From the NCBI GenBank assembly GCA_964019335.1, contig OZ025692.1, forward strand, positions 480,568 through 544,567: a stretch of 64,000 bases of DNA, given 5' to 3'. The translations under genes and the position numbers were made by a program. Each line of letters begins with the position of its first letter. The first letter of the stretch is position 1. The stretch is from Diplonema japonicum (Eukaryota > Protista > Euglenozoa: Diplonemea). This document shows, piece by piece, positions 56,698 to 64,000 of the stretch. The notes under the pieces were generated by a model. That model had not been told where the DNA came from. It was given only the letters and a program-made list of their open reading frames with translations, and searched no databases.

Positions 56698-59600
56698 GTG
56701 GGTGCCAAGGAGGAGGATGCTGGGGGCGGAGGGGATTGCTTGTTCCGCTCTCTGGCTGTGGTGCTGCTGGGGGAGAAGGAACGACACGGAGAGGTGAGGA
56801 GTCGGGTGGTCAACCACATAAGGGACAACAGGGGCAGGTTCGAGAGCTTTGTGGATCCGATCGGTTTTGAGGCCTACATCGACTACATGGCAAAGCAAGG
56901 GGGGTGGGGGGACCACCTTTGTCTGCAGGCGGCGGTGGAGGTCTGGCAAAAGACGGTCGTGGTCGTGACCGGGGGTGACGCCCAGGTCTTGAAGCTCGGG
57001 GAGGCAAGGGAACCGGAGGATACGGTGGTGCTTGGCTTCACGGGATCCCACTACAGGCCTGTGTTGGTCTCGGAGGGCGGAAAGTCCACCCTGGTGGATT
57101 GGGCGGTGGAGGCGAGGCTAGCCCCCTCGGGGACCAGGCCCGCCATCCTGGACCTCGCCCACCTCCTGATGCCGGAGTCCTCCATCAGGCCCAACGGACA
57201 CCACATGAAGGATGCCCCACGACTGGACAGCAAGGTCAGGAGTTTCCAGTGCCCGGTGAGGGGGTGCGAGAGGTCGTCCCACATGGGAGGCCCGGCGATC
57301 TTGGGGTGGGAACTGCTGAAGTCCCACTTGAACGACCACCTGCTGGACGAGGAGGTACTCCCGCAGGAGCTGAAGAAGTTTGGCCTCAAGACCTGCGTGT
57401 GTGGGTCGGTGGTGGGCGAACGGGAGGCGGCTCACGTCAGGTGCATCGCCAGGTACAGCGCTCCTGGGGGTCCCGTGGATGTGAAGGCGGCCCCTAGCCG
57501 GGACGCACTTCCTTCTCTGGAGGAGGTGGCCACCCGGAAAGTGGGCCTCATGAAGCACATCCCCGTCCCGCTCCAAGGGTTGTGGAGTCTGGCGCTAAAG
57601 ACGGCACTGGTGAGGGTGAAGCAGGAGAACTCCTACCTGTCGTGGGTGCTGCTCCTGATGCTTCCGAAGGCGTGCCTGGGCAGACGCAGGGGTGGAAAGG
57701 CACGTCGGAAGTCCGGGGGGAGCAGCGCCAAGCAGAAGTTGGAGGCCTGGATCAGAGGGGAGTACCAGCAGGTGTGGAACGGAGCCCCCCTATCGGAGAA
57801 GAGAGTCTCGAAGGATCCAGACGACGAATCCAGGCTGAAGAGAGGGGAGACGCTGTGCAGGGATGGGCGCTTCTCCAGAGCCAACGCAGCGCTAACTGCG
57901 GGAGGGTTGGCGGAGGACTCCACCGAGACCTTCGAGAAGCTCCTGGGCCTCCACCCTGAGGCATCGGTTGACCCCTCGGGGCTAGAACTGAATCCGGCTG
58001 ACTCCTTCGAGGACGTCACGGCCGTCGACGTTCTGAGCATGGTCCGGGACTTTGACAAGGGGAAAGCGGCTGGGCCGACTGGGTTGAGCGCCCAACACCT
58101 GAAGGACGGGGTGGGCGGCGTGGTGGCGGAAGTAGGGGCCCTGGCGGCTCTCACCGAGGTGTGCAATATCATGGCCAGAGGTCAGACTCCGGCTGAGGTG
58201 GCACCGGTGCTACTAGGGGCGAGCTTGATTCCGCTGCGGAAACCGGACAGGGGAGTCCGTCCGATCGCCGTAGGAGAGAGCCTGAGACGACTTGTAGGGA
58301 AGGCAATCCTTGACAAGGAAGGGGCGGAAGTGGCCAAGTCCTACCTGAGGAAGGGGGGCCAGATCGGGGTGGCGGTCCCCACGGGGATGGAGGCGGCTGT
58401 CCACGCGACAAGGCAGTACGTGGAGAAGGCGAAACAGGACGACGTGTCCCGAGTGGCGATCAAGATAGACTACGCAAACGCCTTCAACACAATCAGCAGG
58501 TACGAGATGCTAAAGGAGGCGTGCGCGAAGGTTCCCAAGGGGTACAAGTGGGCCGAATCTTGCTACAGACACCCATCCAAGCTGTTCCACGAGGGGACGG
58601 AGCTACTCTCGAGGGAGGGGGTCCAGCAGGGCGACCCGGTGGGTCCGTTGCTGTTCTCCCTCGCGCTGCAGCCAGTACTGGAGAAGATAAGGGCGGATAC
58701 AAGTCTGGACCTCCAGTTCTTCTACCTCGATGACGGGTTCCTGGCCGGAGAGAGGGGACAGGTGGAGAAGGCCTACCGCATCGTGGTAGAGGAGTCGGCG
58801 AAGCGAGGCCTGAAGGTGAAGCCGCAGAAGTGCGAGTTGATCTGGGTGTCTGGTGAGAAGCCGACCGACCCAGAAGAGTGGGGCTTCTCCGGTTTCTCCA
58901 AGGAGAAAATGAGCTCGGATGGGAACTTCGAGCTCCTGGGGGCCCCCATAGGGGACGCGGAGTACACGAAGGCCTTCTTGTCAAAGAAACCCGAGGCCCT
59001 GGGCAAGACCTTCGAGATGCAGAAGAAGATGAGGACCCAGTCGGGCTACGCCTTGGTGAAGAACTGCAGCTCGTACAGCAAGATGGTCCACCTCATGCGC
59101 ACGGTACCGCACACGCAGCTAGCGGGCCCCTTGACGGAATTCGACGGCCTGGTGAAGGGGGCGATGGAGCACCTTCTTGCCCGGGAGCTCGGGGAGAGGG
59201 AGTGGAGCCAGGCGAAGCTTGCGACGAGGAGGGGGGGGATGGGCCTTCGCAGCTGCAGCGAACACGCCCTAGTGGCGAACATGGCCTCGCTGGCGGCGAC
59301 CCAGGAGCTGGCGTCGGAGATCCTGGGGGGGTACGACTGGGACGCTTCACTGGCGGGTGGCTGGGGGTGGGGGGTCGAGTGGTTCAACGGCCACCTCGCA
59401 GCCGACGATCCTGACAGGCTCTCCGTGGACCTGCTGCGAAACACCCCGAGGCTGTACCCTCAGAGGAAGATGTCGCAGATCCTCGAGGAGAAGTCCTGGG
59501 GTGCGCTGTTCGGGAGCTCCCCGGGTGGTAGGGACAAGGCCAGGTTGAACTCGCTGAAGGTTCACAAAGCAGGGGCTTGGCTGACGGCGATCACGGGCTT

Positions 59601-62205
59601 GAATAACGAACTAAAGAACGATGAGTTCAGGACGCTGACCAGCTGGCTCCTTGGCACCGCAGTCGGGTCCGAGGGGAAGTGCCCGATGTGCGGTGAGGAC
59701 AACGACGCCCTAGGCGACCATGCCATGGTTTGCAAGAGAGGTGCGGTCATGACGAAGAGGCACGACAGGGTGAGGGACATGTTGGTGAAGCACTGCTACA
59801 GCGGCGGGTTGCAAGCGGTGAAGGAGCAACAAGGCCTCCTGGGTGACGGGAGAAAGCCTGCTGACGTTTACCTCCCGATGGGGGTGGAAGGCGAGGGCCC
59901 TCTGGCCATCGACGTGACGGTGGTCCACCCGTGCGCGAGCGCCCACCTGGCGGCGGCAATGGCGGTTCCGGGGGCGGCTGCGGAGAAACAGGCGGAGTCG
60001 AAGCGGGCGAAGTACGCGAGCGACTGCGAGAGGGCCCGGATACGGTTCACCCCCTGTGCTCTGGAGACGTTTGGCGGGTTCGGGGCCGACGCCAGGAGGG
60101 TGCTGAAGAGGATCGCGGCGGAGGTGGCGAAGAAGAGGCAGCGGGACGCGACGGAGGTCTATAGGACCATGACAGAGGAACTGAGCGTAGCCCTCATGAG
60201 AGAGGTGGCAGTGGAGACGAGGAGGAGGCACCCGATCAAAGAGACACAAGCACCGCCCGACCCACCCCCGGCCCCAGACATCCCCCCCGATGGCCCAGGA
60301 GACGAGGAAGCCCAGGCAGCGGGCGCCCCCCCACCCTCGACGGAGGACGCGTCAGGCACGACAAAAACCGAATCAGCCGACATGCCCGTTGGAGAGGAGG
60401 AAGTGTGCACGACGCAGGATGGCCCCAGCGCGATGGAGGAGGACCCGGCAGAGGACATGCCAGAGGAGCAGGCGGCGTTGCAGACAGGCCCTCTCTCATT
60501 GCAGGGGGAGGACTTCGGCTTGATGGAGGTGGAAAGCGAGGACGGGCTGGAGGGCGGTGCTCCGCAGGCGGACATCCCCGCCGCCCCCCCGGTCGTCGGA
60601 GGGACGGACTTGGCCCCCGCGGGGGAGGGGGGAACCCCTGACGCGACGGAGGTGAGGGAGCCCTGGGGGGCAGTGCCGCTACCAGACATCTCCAGCCCCG
60701 ACGCGATGGAGGAGGATACGGCAGGGAGCTTGCTCGCAGAAGGGTGGGTTCCGCAGGCAGGCCCCGCTGCCCCGCGGGTGGACATCTCAGGTTCTAAAGA
60801 AAACGAAACAGCCGACTTGTCCATGGGGGAGGGAAGCCCTCAGGAGGAGGAGCCCGGCTTGATGGAGGAGGACACGGAAGAGAGCGGGGATGGGCAGGGC
60901 GGAGGGGCGTCGCTGGGATACACCCCCACCCCGGCGGAGGAGGTGGGCCCGACCGACATGTCCGTGGAGGAGGAGGAGGAGAAGAGTGATTCGATAGAGG
61001 GTGGGGAACCCATGGAGGGGACGTCTCAGTCGGACGCCCCCGACTCCTCCTCGGAGGGCAACACTGGCACAGAAAACACCATCCAAGCCGTATTGCCTGA
61101 AGGAATGGAGGGGGAGGACGCGCAGGGAACGGACCGGATGGAGGTTGAGGGGGGCCTGACTCCGCCGCAGGCATCAGAGGGGAACACTGGCACAGAAAAC
61201 ACCATCCAAGCCGTATTGCCCGAAGGAATGGAGGAGGAGGGCTCGCAGGGGACGGTCCAGACGGAGGTTGAGGGGGGCCTAACCCCGCCACAGGCATCAG
61301 AGGGGGATGAGCCTATGGGGCCACTCCTGCTCGAGGGACGGGCTGAGGTAAGTGGAGAACCGAGCAACCACCAGTTTCCCCTCTCTCCGTCCCCCTCGGG
61401 AAGGGAGGACGACCAGATGTCGTGGCAGGGGCCGCAGGAAGGGGAGGGGGGGCCCTCACCGTCATCTTCGGTGGAGGAAGTCCTCTCGTCCGCCCCAGAG
61501 TCCAGCAGCGAAGGCCCCGGGGTCGGAGAAGGGGACGCAGAGTTGCAGAGCGCCGGAGGGGAGGGAGGTTCGGAGTCACCCGGGTCGGCCAGCCCGATGA
61601 GGGAGGACGAAGGGAGCCCCGATCTGGAAGCGGCGGAAGCCGGAGGCCCGCCAGCGGCGGTGAGCCAGGAGGTGGGGCGGACCGGGCTGGGCGCGTTCTC
61701 TAGGGAGCAGATCATGGCGATCCTGGGGGCGGATGTCTTCTCTCCTGTACCCGCGGGAGAAAGCGGCCTGGGGACGACACAACCCTCACAGGGAGCGGCG
61801 GTGCTAACCCCAAGGGCCTCCCAGTCGGTGCTCGGAGGAGGGTGCGACTCCCCCATTGTGGCGGCGGTGTTGGTAGGGGCTGCCCGAGGCCCCCCTTCGT
61901 CGGAGGGGGGCAGGGCAAGGCTTGGGGGAGACCGTGGGTCAGGCTCTCCGGAGGCCAGGGGCACGGGGAACACACCGTCCGTGACGCTTGTGGGAGCCAT
62001 CGGGGAAAGCCTGGTGAGGAAGAGGGTCCCGTCCAACGAGGCCCTGTCCGCCCAGAGGGATCCCAAGGTACAGAGGCACCCAGCGTTGCTGGACGTCAGG
62101 GGGCCTGCGGTCCGCCCCTGGTTCCCAGTCCAACTAGAGTCAGACGAAGCATATATGGCACCGTGGTCGAAGCCAACATATGCAGGGGTGAGCTCAAGGG
62201 GATGA
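56698..62205 (+). CDS. OTU-ZnF-RT-CCHC-RLE polyprotein with an acidic low-complexity tail; no ATG upstream of the OTU Cys
   Basis: GGDCLFRS...WG...HY (OTU), CPVRGC..H..H, RPIAVGE, IDYANAFN, GVQQGDP, YLDD, CPMC..H..C, RHD, KPAD..IDVTV and KRAKY. Confidence 0.92.
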   Translation: MGAKEEDAGGGGDCLFRSLAVVLLGEKERHGEVRSRVVNHIRDNRGRFESFVDPIGFEAYIDYMAKQGGWGDHLCLQAAVEVWQKTVVVVTGGDAQVLKLGEAREPEDTVVLGFTGSHYRPVLVSEGGKSTLVDWAVEARLAPSGTRPAILDLAHLLMPESSIRPNGHHMKDAPRLDSKVRSFQCPVRGCERSSHMGGPAILGWELLKSHLNDHLLDEEVLPQELKKFGLKTCVCGSVVGEREAAHVRCIARYSAPGGPVDVKAAPSRDALPSLEEVATRKVGLMKHIPVPLQGLWSLALKTALVRVKQENSYLSWVLLLMLPKACLGRRRGGKARRKSGGSSAKQKLEAWIRGEYQQVWNGAPLSEKRVSKDPDDESRLKRGETLCRDGRFSRANAALTAGGLAEDSTETFEKLLGLHPEASVDPSGLELNPADSFEDVTAVDVLSMVRDFDKGKAAGPTGLSAQHLKDGVGGVVAEVGALAALTEVCNIMARGQTPAEVAPVLLGASLIPLRKPDRGVRPIAVGESLRRLVGKAILDKEGAEVAKSYLRKGGQIGVAVPTGMEAAVHATRQYVEKAKQDDVSRVAIKIDYANAFNTISRYEMLKEACAKVPKGYKWAESCYRHPSKLFHEGTELLSREGVQQGDPVGPLLFSLALQPVLEKIRADTSLDLQFFYLDDGFLAGERGQVEKAYRIVVEESAKRGLKVKPQKCELIWVSGEKPTDPEEWGFSGFSKEKMSSDGNFELLGAPIGDAEYTKAFLSKKPEALGKTFEMQKKMRTQSGYALVKNCSSYSKMVHLMRTVPHTQLAGPLTEFDGLVKGAMEHLLARELGEREWSQAKLATRRGGMGLRSCSEHALVANMASLAATQELASEILGGYDWDASLAGGWGWGVEWFNGHLAADDPDRLSVDLLRNTPRLYPQRKMSQILEEKSWGALFGSSPGGRDKARLNSLKVHKAGAWLTAITGLNNELKNDEFRTLTSWLLGTAVGSEGKCPMCGEDNDALGDHAMVCKRGAVMTKRHDRVRDMLVKHCYSGGLQAVKEQQGLLGDGRKPADVYLPMGVEGEGPLAIDVTVVHPCASAHLAAAMAVPGAAAEKQAESKRAKYASDCERARIRFTPCALETFGGFGADARRVLKRIAAEVAKKRQRDATEVYRTMTEELSVALMREVAVETRRRHPIKETQAPPDPPPAPDIPPDGPGDEEAQAAGAPPPSTEDASGTTKTESADMPVGEEEVCTTQDGPSAMEEDPAEDMPEEQAALQTGPLSLQGEDFGLMEVESEDGLEGGAPQADIPAAPPVVGGTDLAPAGEGGTPDATEVREPWGAVPLPDISSPDAMEEDTAGSLLAEGWVPQAGPAAPRVDISGSKENETADLSMGEGSPQEEEPGLMEEDTEESGDGQGGGASLGYTPTPAEEVGPTDMSVEEEEEKSDSIEGGEPMEGTSQSDAPDSSSEGNTGTENTIQAVLPEGMEGEDAQGTDRMEVEGGLTPPQASEGNTGTENTIQAVLPEGMEEEGSQGTVQTEVEGGLTPPQASEGDEPMGPLLLEGRAEVSGEPSNHQFPLSPSPSGREDDQMSWQGPQEGEGGPSPSSSVEEVLSSAPESSSEGPGVGEGDAELQSAGGEGGSESPGSASPMREDEGSPDLEAAEAGGPPAAVSQEVGRTGLGAFSREQIMAILGADVFSPVPAGESGLGTTQPSQGAAVLTPRASQSVLGGGCDSPIVAAVLVGAARGPPSSEGGRARLGGDRGSGSPEARGTGNTPSVTLVGAIGESLVRKRVPSNEALSAQRDPKVQRHPALLDVRGPAVRPWFPVQLESDEAYMAPWSKPTYAGVSSRG
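61054..61305 (+). repeat. 123-bp in-frame tandem duplication in the acidic tail
   Basis: EGNTGTENTIQAVLPEGME...EVEGGLTPPQAS occurs twice. Confidence 0.9.
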
Positions 62206-62467
62206 CCGGGCCCCAGTTCAAGTTCTTGGCGGAGCACAGGTTGATGGAAGAGCTGGGGAGCGACGACCTGGTGCGGGACGCGGTCAAGGTGCGCAACAAG
62301 GAGAACTGGGCCCCGGTGAACAGTGCGGTGGCTTGGCTGCAGCTCGAGTCGGGGAGGGCACGGGTGGGGCCCATACCCCACAAGAAGAGGTCCAAAGGCT
62401 CGCTGGCCACATAGGCCAGCGGGGGTGTGGGGGGCTGTTCTCCCCCCCCCCCGCCATAGGAAGATGT

Positions 62468-62502
<35 letters not shown>

Positions 62503-63153
62503 CTGAGAAAAAAAAAAAAGGGAAAAATAAAAGAATAGGGAACAGGTGCTACAACGGCCAGGCTAGATAGAACCACTTAGATTTTTTTTTTTTTTTCCTT
62601 TTTTTTTTTTTCTTTTTGTTTTTCCTTTTTTTTTTTTTTTTTTATTTTTCTGTTTTTCTTTTTCTTTTTCTTTTTGAAGTGGAACCATCTCGGTCGACGT
62701 TTTTTTTTTTTTTTTTCTTTTTTCTTTTGTGGTGATGTGTTTTTCCTGTTTTTGATTTTCTTCTTCCCCCGCTCTATGCTTTTTCGCATGGACATTGGCC
62801 ACTCTGCCCCTTTCCCCTTTTTTGATTCTCCCTCTTTCCCCCTCCTAAATTTTACCCCCTGCCCCACTCATTCCTCCCTAGTATGTTTTTGAATTTGCCT
62901 CTTCTTCTTTTAAGCCTTTTTTGAGATTTTTATTTTTGAATTTTTAGCATTTGGAGTTGCTTCTTCTTCTTCCCCTCTCCCTCCCATAAAGAAAAAGAGA
63001 AACCCATGCCTTCCTCCCAGGTTGGAACTTGATTGTCTGTTTTGGAATATTTTTATTTTCTCTTAAGATTTATCGTGCCTTGTGTGTCTTTTGAAGAAAA
63101 AAAAAAAAAAAAACATTCTCAAGTCCCCCTTTTTATTTATTTTCTCAAGTCCC

Positions 63154-63196
<43 letters not shown>
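62155..63196 (+). repeat. Copy 2 of the retroelement 3' end, with two 26-bp repeats and poly(A)
   Basis: Nearly identical to 55607-56686. Confidence 0.95.
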
Positions 63197-63197
<1 letters not shown>

Positions 63198-63210
63198 GAA
63201 GTTTACGTGG

Positions 63211-64000
63211 AAACCCGCAAACCCGCAAACCCGCAAACCCGCAAACCCGCAAACCCGCAAACCCGCAAACCCGCAAACCCGCAAACCCGCAAACCCGCAA
63301 ACCCGCAAACCCGCAAACCCGCAAACCCGCAAACCCCGCAAACCCCGCAAACCCCGCAAACCCCGCAAACCCCGCAAACCCCGCAAACCCCGCAAACCCC
63401 GCAAACCCCGCAAACCCCGCAAACCCCGCAAACCCCGCAAACCCCGCAAACCCCGCAAACCCCGCAAACCCCGCAAACCCCGCAAACCCCGCAAACCCCG
63501 CAAACCCCGCAAACCCCGCAAACCCCGCAAACCCCGCAAACCCCGCAAACCCCGCAAACCCCGCAAACCCCGCAAACCCCGCAAACCCCGCAAACCCCGC
63601 AAACCCGCAAACCCGCAAACCCGCAAACCCGCAAACCCGCAAACCCGCAAACCCGCAAACCCGCAAACCCGCAAACCCGCAAACCCGCAAACCCGCAAAC
63701 CCGCAAACCCGCAAACCCGCAAACCCGCAAACCCGCAAACCCGCAAACCCGCAAACCCGCAAACCCGCAAACCCGCAAACCCGCAAACCCCGCAAACCCC
63801 GCAAACCCGCAAACCCGCAAACCCGCAAACCCGCAAACCCCGCAAACCCGCAAACCCGCAAACCCGCAAACCCGCAAACCCGCAAACCCGCAACCCGCAA
63901 ACCCGCAAACCCGCAAACCCGCAAACCCGCAAACCCGCAAACCCGCAAACCCGCAAACCCGCAAACCCGCAAACCCGCAAACCCGCAAACCCGCAAACCC
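63211..64000. repeat. Telomere-like satellite (AAACCCGC)n with an internal (AAACCCCGC)n block
   Basis: 8-mers at 63211-63330, 9-mers at 63331-63600, then mostly 8-mers to the window edge. Confidence 0.97.

Larger units (their letters stand above)
56687..63196 (+). mobile_element. CRE-type (RLE-bearing) non-LTR retrotransposon, 5'-truncated, with poly(A) tail
   Basis: RT and RLE ORF, T-rich 3' UTR, and poly(A) at ~63161-63196. Confidence 0.9.

Noticed and set aside
61026-62576. 516-aa antisense ORF in the retroelement
   Set aside because: Shadow of GC-rich low-complexity coding sequence; it starts in a homopolymer UTR.
55607-63196. True LTR retrotransposon
   Set aside because: The repeats end in poly(A) and lack TG..CA, PBS and integrase; the RT and RLE are of non-LTR type.
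63145-63996. Three long minus-strand ORFs (RVCGFAGL repeats)
   Set aside because: Stop-free translations of the satellite.

Overview
Eukaryotic, almost certainly euglenozoan (diplonemid-like) DNA. The evidence is a kinetoplastid/diplonemid spliced-leader exon at ~54.6 kb, a fully unidirectional gene cluster and many short GT-AG cis-introns. Positions 1-39 kb hold about 18 host genes, all on the minus strand: a PKD2-like channel, RPT3, a mitochondrial carrier, an EF-hand protein, a TYW4-TYW5-like fusion, pyruvate kinase with an extra Dpy-30/RIIa-like domain, two glycosyltransferases, a degenerate YTH-like protein, CDC37, PRP4 kinase, an adenylate cyclase and an SGNH esterase, among others. Most introns are 31-51 nt and have A/C-rich or purely purine 3' tracts instead of polypyrimidine tracts. 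Positions 39-64 kb are a repeat domain. It contains broken hAT transposons and MITEs with CpG-to-TpG/CpA decay, a ~5.5-kb imperfect palindrome, a TIR element carrying tRNA-like boxes, and an intron-containing HNH nuclease gene. It ends in a head-to-tail retroelement pair. The upstream unit begins with a spliced-leader exon fused to a decayed OTU fragment. The downstream unit is a young CRE-type non-LTR element encoding OTU-ZnF-RT-RLE plus a long acidic tail. The two share a ~1.05-kb 3' end with poly(A), and the pair abuts an (AAACCCGC)n array that runs off the window. All calls come from reading the sequence by eye; no searches were run.
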